This document shows positions 50,180 to 64,000 of a stretch of DNA of 64,000 nucleotides, piece after piece. Both the position numbers and the translations under genes were made by a program. Below the pieces are notes generated by a model. It searched no databases and had not been told where the DNA came from. It saw nothing but the letters and a program-made list of their open reading frames with translations. The stretch comes from the human T2T-CHM13v2.0 reference genome, Homo sapiens: assembly GCF_009914755.1 (NCBI RefSeq), contig NC_060936.1, one strand, 5' to 3'. How positions within the stretch are numbered: the first letter of the stretch is position 1; each line of letters starts with the position of its first letter.

Positions 50180-52859
50180 TTAACTAGAAAAAGCCAGTAA
50201 AGAGGGAGAGCTTATAGATAGGAGAGAAAAGTATTGGATAGAGCAAGGACCTTGAGACAAAAGGCAGAGAGAGAGAGTGGGATACAGGGGGATTATGCTT
50301 AGACAGGAGGGTGAGACATCTTTTCTGCTAAGGCAGAAAGAAAGGAAAGAATAAACCCAAGCAGGGAAGTGTGTAGGTGGTAAAGGTAGAGATGGAAAGC
50401 ATTCTCATTGGGTACTGGAAGTTTTCTCAATGAAGCAAGGGGCTGCGAGTATAGCCAATGTTGATTGGGTTGGAGATTTCAGAAGGAATGAAAGAGTGGG
50501 CTGACTGATAAAGTCATAGGAGAAAGGAAGGGAGAAGGGTTGTAGAGTAATTTAGAGGGTCCAATGAGTGAGATTGGTGACCGTGAATTTGTAGGTGTTA
50601 CTGCCAATGATAATCAGATTACCCCTCATAGTCAGAAACAATGGGAAGACCACCTTCTTATGGTCAATCATGTGTGATGAGTTTTTTTCAGAGTACAGTT
50701 CTTCCTGGGTGTGTTCTTTTATTGAGCTTGTCTGTGAAACCTGGGGAATTCTCCTACTTTGGGATCCATAACTCAAAATGTGATTTATGTTATCCCTTCC
50801 ATCTTAAAAAGAGTTGCTACAAATGTGAGAAAATATGTGAAAAATGGTTGTTATCAAAATGATGACTAGCATCAAAGGGATAAGAAAAACATATCTAGTA
50901 AAATTCTAGACCTGTGTACCTGTAGATGTTTACTGATGATAGGTGCAATATATCAGAAAAGCACTTTGTTTGCCTCCTGTTAAAGTTACATTTGGAAAGG
51001 CAAGAGGGTGGCAGTGGGACAGAAGGGAAGGGAAGTGCAGTCAGGCTACAGTAATCCTTTGGGTTGATTCTCAATGGCGGTAGAGGCACAGACAGTTTGA
51101 GCAGTCATTAGAACAGGAATATTTGAATAGATAAAATTTTCTAAATACTGTAATGACAGTAATAATTTATTGAGCTGGAACTATATTTAGCTTCTTTAAT
51201 TTTTACAGTCAAAGGAGGTAGATATTATTATGCTTATATTGCACATGAGAAAATTAAACATTACTAGTAAGTGGTGGGCCTGTGATTCAAACCCTGCTTT
51301 AATTACTCAATCCTTGAGTGCTCCACTGTGCTACCTGGCCTCTTCTCCGTTGCTCCCTTTCAGATTGGAATTGCCTCTAAATTTACAGCATTCAAGAAGA
51401 AGTTTGCTGTATTTCAGTGGTCACTGAAGACAGACACTTTATTCTGACTTACTGTGATAGTGTGGTAATTTTTAGATGATCCTGTATATTAATTATAGGT
51501 TTTACATGGAATTGTTATCATTAAAAGGTTAGCATCCAACTTGTAGCTCTTTCTAAGATTTTAGGACCTCTGTTATTGGGAATGTTTTTTGGTCTATGCT
51601 CTTGGGTTTATTTGGCAAAGTTTTAGAATGCTGAATTTTTCCAGTATACTGAACTCAGATCATCAACATATTTATAAGCATGTTGGGTCTTATGTATGTC
51701 ATCACCCTGATATGTTTGCAATTCTTTTAAAAGACAGAGTACTCATGATGGTTTCCACACCAGATCGCTGCTTTAGACCATCATAGATTTTCTTTCGGCA
51801 TAATGGCATTTAGTGGTGATGCGATACATTTAATTCTTCAGAATAGATATTGCAATGCTCCAGTGCCTAGGAACATTTGGTGTACTCATTATTTAACAGC
51901 ATCCTATTCTCCCTTCAACTATTTAATAATGCATATGTAATTTGGTATAGTCTCTGTAGGATTTGGAGAAGTGAGAACACCTCACTTTATAGATATTCTT
52001 GTATGGGTGAGTAACTTGCCTGCTTGTTAAGCTCCATAGGGGAGATAACTCCATGGATATGCCTTTTATTGAAGCTGTTTTTGCATTCTGCCTGGGATCA
52101 CTCTCTTGAGTTTTGACCTTACTGGTGTTTAAGTTCTCTGGTAGAGTTATTCAGTCCTCAGGTGTGTTGGAATTTTCAGCCCTTTGGCAGGTGTGTTTGA
52201 TTAGTGCCTTTGGGCATTTGGATTGATGTGGCCTCGAGTGTAGGAAGCAGCCCAAATTTCAGATCACTTGCTGGGATCCTTCCGTGGTGGACCCCTTTCT
52301 CAGGAGTCACTGGCATTTCAGCTTTCATTTCTAGAGTGGTACAATGAAAGACACAATGTTTTTCTTTTTTTTTTTTTTTTTGCTTCTTCTCCTCCTTCTT
52401 CTTTCTTACCTATTTCAAACTGTTGAGGCTATTAGTGCCTTTGGAATAGCTTCTTAAATTATCCATGGACATTTTCAGAGAGGAAACCCCTTGAGGCAGA
52501 GCTGTCAAGATAAGGGCCCTGAAGCTAATGCCGCCTCCTCATTGCTTTGCATCATTTATCTCATGTAGACAGCCACACCACCACCAACAGAACCCTAATT
52601 AGACAACCAGGAAAAAGATATGCAGGGCTTGAAAAAAGGGGAGAAAAAGAAAGTGAAATATAGTTTAGGAAGAACACAAAGAGGAATTATTTATCAGCCA
52701 GATAAAAAAGTAGTGGGATGATTTTATTCAGACTGTTCTTGTTATAAATAAAAATTTTCAGATTTTATTCTAGAATGTAAGCTTGGTGAGAATAGAGACT
52801 GTCTGTTTTGTTCACTTGTGTCTCCCTTTGGTGCCAGGCACAGTGCCTAGTACTTGTGA

Positions 52860-54125
<1,266 letters not shown>

Positions 54126-54535
54126 TACATGACCAGTAGTCATGATGTGAGTCTTCATCTGCTGAATGCTTACTCCATGACAGGCTCTGTGCTAGACACT
54201 CTGCACCTCCACACACAGGTTAAAATAGTAACCCTCTGAGCCATCCTGATTTCGGTGAGAGGGATGCTCTGGAAATAAATAGGACAGGGACAAGCCTGAG
54301 AAAAGTTAATGAAGGAAGAATTATCATCCCAGTTTTAACAGATATTTAAAACTATGGCTTAGAGAAGGTAACTATCTCATATTATTATATGTGGGGGCTT
54401 CCAGCTTTCCTCCTTTCATTTGCTTGCTGTTATGGGCTGAATATTTGTGGTCCCCCCCACCTAAATGTTAAAATCCTCACCCCTAATATGATGATCTTAG
54501 GAGGTGGGTCCTTTGGAGGATAAATTAGGTCATGA

Positions 54536-54854
<319 letters not shown>

Positions 54855-55031
54855 TTGGTGTCTTTACAAAAGAGACCCCAGGTTGCTCTGTAGCCCGCTT
54901 CTATCATGGGAGGGAGGACCAATGAGAAGGTAACCGTCTGCGAGCCAGGGAGAGGGCCCTCACCAGAATCTACCATTCTGGTCTCCTGATCTCAGACTTC
55001 TAGCCCCAAATATCTGTGCAAAATAAATTTC

Positions 55032-55337
55032 TTTTCTTTTCTTTTTTTTTGAGACAAGGTCTCACTCTGTCACCCAGGCTGGAGTGCAATAGCATGATCA
55101 TAGCTCACTGTAGCCTGAACTCCTGGGCTCAGGTGATCCTCCCACTTCAGCCTCCCAAGTAGCTAGGACTACAGGCACATGCCCCTGCACCCAGCTAACT
55201 TATTTTATTTTTTTTTTTTTGTAGAGACAGGGTCTTGCTTTATTGTCCAGGCCTGTCTTGAACTCCTGGCTTCAAGGGATCCTCCCTGCCTCATCCTCCC
55301 AAAGTGCTGGGATTACAGGCATGAGCCACAGCACCTG
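55032..55337 (-). mobile_element. AluJ
   Basis: J-type features; TSD aaataaatttct. Confidence 0.9.
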
Positions 55338-56290
55338 ATGAGAAATAAATTTCTGTTGTTTATAATCCACCCAGTCTATGGTAATTTCTCATAGCAGTTT
55401 CAACTGACTGAGATATTTGCTTAACTTCTTTTCCTGATCTCATTCTCTAAGGAGAAAAAGATAAAAGCCAAGCTCATGAATTCTTCTAAGAAAAATAGAG
55501 AAACAGAGCAGAAACCTACAATCTTCGGGGTGTTGTGGATGAGGGTGGGGGCATGAGGAGTAGGAGGTCTGCCTGCCTGGGACCATGCAAGACTGGGCAT
55601 GGCTTAGCAGAGAGGGACACTAAGGAGGGAGATGGTGGGGACAGGGCAGAGCAGACAGGAGACTGAAACTGGTAAGGAAGAAGAATGAGAGCTTCCAGGG
55701 AGTTCACAAGAGCCACTTTGGCCTAAGTATTTGATTCTCTTAAATGTGTGATAGGGAATTGTGTCAAGACTGAATTTGCAGGGGAAACAATTACTTCTGT
55801 CAATGCGGCCATGTCCCTGGTTTGACTGAAGCCTCCAGGATTTCTGGACATTAGGGTATGTTGAAAGATGCTGTCTCTGTGGCCACAGAAAGTAACCCTG
55901 TGTTACTTATTCCATCAGGACCTCCCTGCTCCCTGGGCTCATAATGACTCCAGGTTTCTTCCCTTATTAACTTTCTTTAGGCTCATTCCCATCCTATTCT
56001 CGAGGCATCTCTGTGCCCAAATCTGGGTTACAAATCTGGGTCATTGTCTGTTACCCAAGATTTGTTGTCCTTTGGTGAATCATCTGGGGAAGGCACTGGA
56101 CTTGAACACCGGTTCTTCCATTCATCTCTTCTTAAGGGCTTCAAACAAGTTCATACCCCTCAACTTCACTTTTCCTCCTTTGTAAAGCGTCAGTGATTTC
56201 TACTCCTGACCATTTTTAAGGTGCTGTGAGGATCAACTGAGATTAACCTTTAGAAGTGGTTAACTTCTATACCCCTTCGTTTTTGTATTT

Positions 56291-56584
56291 TTAATTAATT
56301 TTTTTCTGAGACGGAGTCACCCAGGCTGGAGTGCAGTGGCGCAATCTTGGTTCACTGCAACCTCCACCTCCCAGGTTCAAGTGATTTCCCCTGCCTCAGC
56401 CTCTTCAGTTGCTGGGATTACAGGCATGCATCATCATGCCTAGCTAATTTTTGTATTTTTAGTAGAGACGGGGTTTCACCGTGTTGGCCAGGATGGTCTC
56501 AAACTCCTAACCTCAAGTGATCCACCTGCCACGGCCTCCCAAAGTTCTGGGATTACAGGTGTGAGCTGCCTCACCCTGCCTAGC
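56291..56584 (-). mobile_element. AluS
   Basis: Alu dimer in reverse. Confidence 0.92.
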
Positions 56585-57628
56585 TATTCCTGTTCTTATT
56601 CTAACTATCTAGAGCCACTTGTCTCTTTTGTCCTAATCAAGTTTTCCCTATCCTCGAAGGCACAGCTGGCCTATCTTCTCTTCCACAAGGTCTTTGTTGC
56701 TCACCTTTTCCTGCCTACACTGATCTCTGTCTTCCATCTTTCCCTTATTTTGGCATGTAACCAAATATTCCCTGCAAATGTGACTTTATTACTCCAGTGT
56801 TGGAGTGTCCCATCCCTTCAGCTAGATAGTGAATTTCTTGAGGGCAAAGACCATGCCTCTTAACCTCTTCCAACTTACCATGTAAGTTGCTATACTGTTA
56901 AGACCTTAGATTTTACAGGGGGGCTTCCACTTGTTCAACTTGTTGAAGAAATACATTCTTTTGTTTTCAGTCCTGCAAACTGTGATTCCTCTCTCTTGGT
57001 CCTGCTTCATGATGTATGCAGCAATGCTGCAGCTGAAGTCCCAGGCCCTCACTCACTCTTCAGAGACCTCGAAGCAACTCTCTCCCACTATCTCCCCTTT
57101 CTGGGCACTTTTCAGGACAGTTAGTTAGTTCTATACCCACTCCTGGGTCCCCCTCTTCCTTTCCTCTGCACCTTTCAGTATTAGGAATCTGTCTTTTCCT
57201 TCCCTTCCGAGAGCAGATGCCCATCTCCAAGCAACTTTATTTCTTCCTTTGTTTCTTCTTTTTGTCTCTTTCCCAAGGCACCTTTGCTTTGAAGAGGCTG
57301 CTGAAAAGGAGTAGATTATTTCATTTTTTATGATCAGCAAAAGAAAAAGGAGGCTTCATGGGGAAAATTGGCAAGATCTAAAGTTATTTGCATTTCATAA
57401 GAATCAAAAGTTTTCCAAGCTTTTTTTTTTTTTAAAAGGACCTTCTGGTATACTAAAAGAAAAAAAAAATTGATCTGAATGTTGAAACACCTGCTGCAGA
57501 TCTGGGGGCTTTGAATTTAGCGGCTTTAGGTTGGGACCAAGAAATTCTCTGAATTATAAACTTGCTGGCTCTTACCTTGGCTTGGTGCAGCATTTCATCC
57601 CCAATATTCCGCTTTTCTTTCCTTTCAG

Positions 57629-57781
57629 AATACAGCCGAGCCAAAGCGCTTGTCTGCGTGCCCGTGGACGTGACAGACACCTTGAGGTGTTTTAGAGAGA
57701 CACTGGAAAAATCCAAATACCATAACAGATCAATCCGACACAGCAGAAAGTTGCTTTCATTATTTCTTGCACAGACACAAG
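57629..57781 (+). CDS. CFAP54: CFAP54 exon E13, (E)YSRAKALVCVPVDVTDTLRCFRETLEKSKYHNRSIRHSRKLLSLFLAQTQ
   Basis: strong tttcctttcag acceptor, gtaaaa donor; 153 nt, phase 1 to 1. Confidence 0.92.
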
Positions 57782-58830
57782 GTAAAATGCATGTTCTGTA
57801 TCTCTGAATCTTTCTTTATGTGGGGTGACCACCCTGCAGATGTCCCTCTTCTGCCCTCTCATTCTTCCCTCCCCGTGTACATGCAACACTCCCTGATGCC
57901 TTTCACTTTCCTCTTGTCCAGTGGATCTATTCTGTGTCTTACACTTTAACCAATGCACTTTCTCACTCACTCGCTTTTATGCTTTCTGTGAAACTATCAA
58001 ACTCTCTTGAGTGTATTAGATGTGACAATATTCATTAATTTTTGATTCTGTACATTTATGTTCTTCTTACAGTTTTCTTTAGGTGTGGCACTATGGTCTT
58101 GTTTTACTTCATAAGTAGACGGATTGAATCACACTGAGTTAACTAGAACCTTTTGCCAAAACACTACTTTATCAGTGGCAAAGAAATGGGTACCTTTTAA
58201 AGCAAGCATCAACAAGATTTCTTATTAATACTATAGATTTTGCTCTTAGGGCTTTTATTTTAGCTTAAAGCAAGATATTCACTATTGTTGGTTGCATTGC
58301 ATTTATTTGTTTTCTCTTGTAACATCTATCTGCTTGTGAATTCAAGCAAAGCTGGGCTTTGAGTGATTAAATGGTAACCTCAGAGAAGAGTACATTCAAA
58401 TTTAGGCTGGAAAAATCCTGAACTATCTATACTTAACTTATTTAAAATTTTTAAAAATCCTGTTTTATATTTATGATTCTTGCTATTCAAATTGGTCAGA
58501 ATAATAAGAATAAATTTAAATAATAGACAAATACATGTAAAATAGTATAAAGTTATTAAAAACAGATTTAAACTTATACTTAATTAAAATGCTAATTTCC
58601 ACTGAAATGATCTTTTAGAAATTTGACCAATTGTTTTTACAAATGCAGACAGAGTTTTATTTATTTACATATTTATTTGTTTGTTGTTGTTGCCCACCCC
58701 CCACACTTTCTATGATATGTATCCATAGTTTTTGGTTATATTGTCTGCAGACTCACATTATGTTAAATTAGTTCTCCATATCCTGTTTGGCTTCTTTTAA
58801 TTGCTCCATACATTAACAATGGGTAAGGCT

Positions 58831-59163
58831 GACTGGGCGCCGTGGCTCACGCCTGTAATCCCAGCACTTTGGGAGGCCAAGGAGGGCAGATCATTTGAGG
58901 TTAGGAGTTAGAGACCAGCCTGGCCAACATAGTGAAACCCTGTCTCTACTAAAAATACAAAAATTAACCGGTGTGGTGGCGTGCACCTGTAATTCCAGCT
59001 ACTCAGGAGGCTGAGGCATGAGAATCACTTGAACCGGCGGGGCAGAGGTTGCAGTGAGCCGAGATTGTGCCACTGCACTCCAGCCTGGTGACAAAGCGAG
59101 ACTGTCTCAAAATGAAACAGAACAAAACAAAACAGAAAAGCACCCCCCCACACACACACAAAA
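58831..59163 (+). mobile_element. AluS
   Basis: dimer with decayed tail; TSD tgggtaagg. Confidence 0.93.
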
Positions 59164-59479
59164 AGTGGGTAAGGGCATAAATAAAAAGGCAAATGCAATT
59201 CCTAGGAATGGTTTATACCAACTTGCTCTGAATCTCACCTGGTACCAAAATATTTTCAGTAGTTTATCTCTAGTCCTCAGGCTGTAGACTTCAAAATCTA
59301 TACTAGCTTCTTTCTCTATTACTTTTAACTACTTCCCCTAGAATATAGATTTTTCTCTCATGTCTTCTCTGATCTTATAAAGAGACAAGGTTTTTCCTTT
59401 TTTTTTTTTTTTTGTCTCAGGCCAGAACTACCTGTGTGTTGCTTCTATCCCAGAGGTTTCTGGCCCAGAGGCACACTAA

Positions 59480-59980
<501 letters not shown>

Positions 59981-60168
59981 TAGGGTCTTCAGTTATGATC
60001 CTGGATACTAAGTTTAAGGAAATAGTGTCCCTCAAACTGCAAAAATGTCTCAGCTATATACAAAATATTTCCTTTCTTTTTGCTTTCCATTTTCTCTACC
60101 TTCCCTCCCAACTTCCCTTCTTTCTACATTTTAAATTGATTTATTATTATTATTTTTCATGAATTTAG

Positions 60169-60363
60169 GAGAGAAAGGAGAAATAAATGATTCAAAATGT
60201 ACTTCTGGAAAGGTGGAATTTTGCCTGGGGACAGAGGAGATGCATATGTCAATACCCCCTGACCTTTCTCAGGAGCACTTCAGAGTTTTTAGTTCCGTGG
60301 AGAAAAGCAAACTTCCATATTCACAACTTGGACTTGTAATTTCTTCTTATCACCAAACTATTG
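60169..60363 (+). CDS. CFAP54: CFAP54 exon E14 (possible cassette), (G)EKGEINDSKCTSGKVEFCLGTEEMHMSIPPDLSQEHFRVFSSVEKSKLPYSQLGLVISSYHQTI
   Basis: gaatttag acceptor, gtaaga donor; 195 nt, phase 1 to 1, open in frame, non-repetitive. Confidence 0.78.
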
Positions 60364-60399
60364 GTAAGAGTTAGCCATTATGTACTCATTTTCTTTAAA

Positions 60400-60698
60400 T
60401 TTTTTTTTTTTTGAGACGAGGTCTCATTTTGTCATCCAGGCTGGAGTGCAGTGGTGCCATCACAGCTCACTGTGTGATCACAGCCTCAACCTTCTGGGCT
60501 CAATCCATCCTCCCACTTCAGTCTCCCAAGCAGCTGGGACCACAGGCTCACACCACCACACCTGACTAATTTTTATATTTTTTGTAGAGATAGAGTTTTG
60601 CCATGTTGCCCAGACTGATCTTGAACTCTTGGGCTCAAGCTATAAGCCCACCTGAGCCTCCCAAAACGCTGGTACAGGAGTGAGCCACTGTACCCGGC
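60400..60698 (-). mobile_element. AluJ
   Basis: J-type dimer starting about 37 nt after the E14 donor. Confidence 0.9.
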
Positions 60699-61707
60699 TA
60701 TGTCTCCATTTTCAATATGATCTTCTGCATTAATGCTGAGATTGCATCTGGTCCTGAAATCTTACTTTTAAAAGAAAGATAAAAGAACCTATATCCCTGC
60801 AGCAGTGACAGAACAGCCTGGAGACAGAAGAAGCTTCCAGCCTCCTCTGTTTACCCATTTTCTTAGCTTGTCCATCACTATTGTGAGATTCTAGGCCACC
60901 CTTCTCTTTATCCCTCTTTCATTGGAGCTGTGAACTCTTTGTGGGGATGGAGATGATGTTCTTTTTTTCTGGTCCCATCTAATTCCATTTTCCTTGTCTT
61001 TCCCTTGATTTGCTTTTCTACAGCTTCAGTAGTATATTCTTAACCCATACGATAGACCCAATGTTCTCTTTTTTCCTAACAGACATTTTATGATGCCCCT
61101 TTTATTTCCTGAAATAAAATTTGTATTTAATATATTCTTCTTATACACATTATTTTGAAACAAATTATTATGAAGCTCTAAATATAAAAATAGGGGAGAA
61201 ATAGCATCACTTTATAATAAAAGAATCAGTTTGTTGGTATGTAAATGCTTAGGCATTAGAAGCTGTAAAGAAATAATCAGATGCTTATATCCTGGATATG
61301 GAATCACCATGAATGTGACAGTTACACATGCAGACAGAGACAGGTATGTTGTATTGGTGACTCAAATACTATCAACATGGTTAAGTTTTGTGACATGATT
61401 TTCTAAAATGGCAAATTAATCTTGGTAAAGTCCTGAGCAAAACAAAGTACTACAGTGGTTGCAATGTCTGGAAAATTCAGAAATCATGTACATTTAGAAA
61501 TCATGCAGAAATACCCTTTTTATGTGGAAAACGAAGTTCGATGTGAATTCAGATAGTTATAAACAGGCTTATCATCTTTTCCTTCACTGTAGGGGAAGTT
61601 TCTGTGCCTTGCAGGCCATCTGACATCTTTGGTCTTAACCTATGAGTTACCAAGAGATGCCCCCATTGTGACATCTAGCAAAACCCTTTCTCACATTTCT
61701 AAAATAG

Positions 61708-62125
<418 letters not shown>

Positions 62126-62674
62126 TGATATTAAAGATATTTTCTGCCTTCAGGTAAAAGGAGAAATCTGATATGTGGTGATCTTGTCACATGTCTGCTA
62201 AAAAACAAACCCTTTGAGCCTTTCCATCTGCTATAGGATAACATCCACATTTCTCCAAGTGGCAGTCAGAAGCCCTCAGAATCTGACCACTGCCTCCCAC
62301 TTCAGACTCAGTTCACCCTCTCCAGAAAACTATACTCCAGTCATGCCCATCATTCCTATACATACCCAGCCATTCTCCCTTGCATGCCGTTTCTAAGTTT
62401 CTCTTCTCCTGTCTCTACCTGTCTGAGTTTTATTCCCATGATGCCCCATTATTACTATCTGTTAGAGCCAGTCTTTCACTCTGTAATCAAACAGAACGTT
62501 TGCTCGCTCTCTTTGTATATATATCGTGTGACATTTGAAGGCGCTGTTAACTTGCAGTTTGCTTATTGCAATCTACACAGTTAAGGAATAGTGCAGTTTA
62601 AAAAATTCTTGCAAATATAAAAAAATATTTTTCTAGGAACTGACATTTGTTCTTTTACTTGATTAAAAATATAG

Positions 62675-62762
62675 ATGTTCTCCAAGCCAGCAATCAAAGA
62701 AGTCTTAAAGTTCAGGCGTTGCATTCACTTGGAAGTCTTCTCATCTTCGCAGAAAAGAAAAG
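62675..62762 (+). CDS. CFAP54: CFAP54 exon E15, (D)VLQASNQRSLKVQALHSLGSLLIFAEKK
   Basis: aatatag acceptor, gtagat donor; 88 nt, phase 1 to 2. Confidence 0.88.
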
Positions 62763-63055
62763 GTAGATTTTTAGAAGTCTGTAGAACAAGGGCAAAGGTT
62801 TTTTATTTGCTTGTTTGAAGAAGTTTTTAATGAAAAAACATTGTCTTTCATAAATTTTAGTTCTTCAACAATACTACATTGCTACATTTTATTCATCAAA
62901 TGCTACCTGAGAGAAACCATTAAGAACAGTGAATGTATTATAGTTATACGTATGTTAATTGACGTTGCTTCGGTGTATTTGCTTTCCCTTCTGGAAGGTA
63001 GATTTAATAATGGGTCTCAGAAAACTTACTGCTTGATGCTTTGTCTCTGTTTTAG

Positions 63056-63265
63056 GGCTGCTTTTAAGTGTTGGTGTCAAGCTCTTGATGACATATTCAG
63101 AAAACCAGACGTGCTACACACGTGGAAAGAATTTGGCCCCTCACTCACCAATGTCACCAACAGTCATTCACCTCCGGGTTTCAAAGACTACAGTGAGGAG
63201 TTTCTGTCAAGAGTTGGCATCTGGGGGTGTTTGCAAGGAGCAGTCATATCAGCAAAGATAGCACA
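63056..63265 (+). CDS. CFAP54: CFAP54 exon E16, (R)AAFKCWCQALDDIFRKPDVLHTWKEFGPSLTNVTNSHSPPGFKDYSEEFLSRVGIWGCLQGAVISAKIA
   Basis: tctctgttttag acceptor, gtgagt donor; 210 nt, phase 2 to 2; gene continues beyond the window. Confidence 0.92.
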
Positions 63266-63562
63266 GTGAGTGTGAGGATGGAAGGATCTGCATACTAGCT
63301 AACAGCTTCCTTGTGGGGTGCCCTCCTGTGCCATACAAAGTGCTATGCCTCATGCACACTGGATTTCTGGGAGGTTATGTCCATATCATACAGGGCCTTA
63401 CAGTTTATTTACTTATTTGTGATGTTTATTGCTTATGATTATCTCTTCTTCCTGTAACACAACTCTTGCCCCAAAATATCAGTGTCACCCGGGCCCAGGT
63501 GTTTGCTTTGCTTACTCATGGATCCCAAGTGCCAGATATGCAGCTGGCATTCAATAACTACT

Positions 63563-63877
63563 TGTTTTTTTTGTTGTTGTTTGGGTTTTTTTTTTGAGAC
63601 GGAGTCTCACTCTGTTGCCCTGGCTGGAGTGCAGTGGCTTGATCTCAGCTCACTGCAACCTCCGTCTCCTGGGTTCGAGATTCTCCTGCCTCAGCCTCCC
63701 GAGTAGCTGGGATTACAGGTGGCCACCACCATGCCCAGATAATTCTTTTGTATTTTTAGTAGAGACAGGATTTCACCATGTTGGCCAGGCTGGTCTGGAA
63801 CTCCTGACTTCTGGTGATCTGCCCACCTCAGCTTCCCAAAGTGCTGGGATTACAGGCATGAGCCACGGCGTCTGGCT
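63563..63877 (-). mobile_element. AluS
   Basis: degenerate TSD tcaataactacttgtt / tcaacaatgacttgtt. Confidence 0.93.
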
Positions 63878-64000
63878 CAACAATGACTTGTTGCGTGGTC
63901 AAATGAATGAGCAGTTGGTGAGGAAGCAGGAAAACAGTGTGGAGGCAGTCAGGCATGGGCCTCATTCAAAAGTGTACTAGAAACCAGTTACTTTCAACAA

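Noticed and set aside
62861-62997. Cryptic exon ending at aag|gtagattt, which repeats the E15 donor sequence
   Set aside because: It would leave only a 58-nt downstream intron and shift the frame.

Overview
Primate (most likely human) genomic DNA lying entirely inside one large + strand gene. I traced 16 internal coding exons, all flanked by AG/GT and phase-consistent (2438 nt, about 812 codons, no stop). I recognise the protein from memory as the middle of CFAP54, a ciliary/flagellar central-pair protein; no database search was run. The introns are mostly transposable elements: about 23 Alus, three sense-strand L1PA elements (one with a twin-priming inversion), older L1M/L2/MIR fragments, a complete THE1 provirus, MER21/MLT LTRs and MER20/MER3/Tigger3a/MER96-like DNA transposons. 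Almost all ORF-track ORFs are repeat-derived or exon read-throughs. I found no evidence of a new gene or a wholly new biological system. The most unusual observations are: (1) neighbouring L1s share apparently private variants, including a frameshift, suggesting ectopic gene conversion; (2) several 60-400 bp segments appear copied from 1-2 kb away, mostly into other repeats; (3) a 22-nt tRNA-Glu 5' fragment sits between perfect 12-bp direct repeats; (4) a frame-preserving 195-nt candidate cassette exon. Repeat subfamily names and consensus comparisons are from recall, repeat boundaries are approximate, and identities were estimated by eye.
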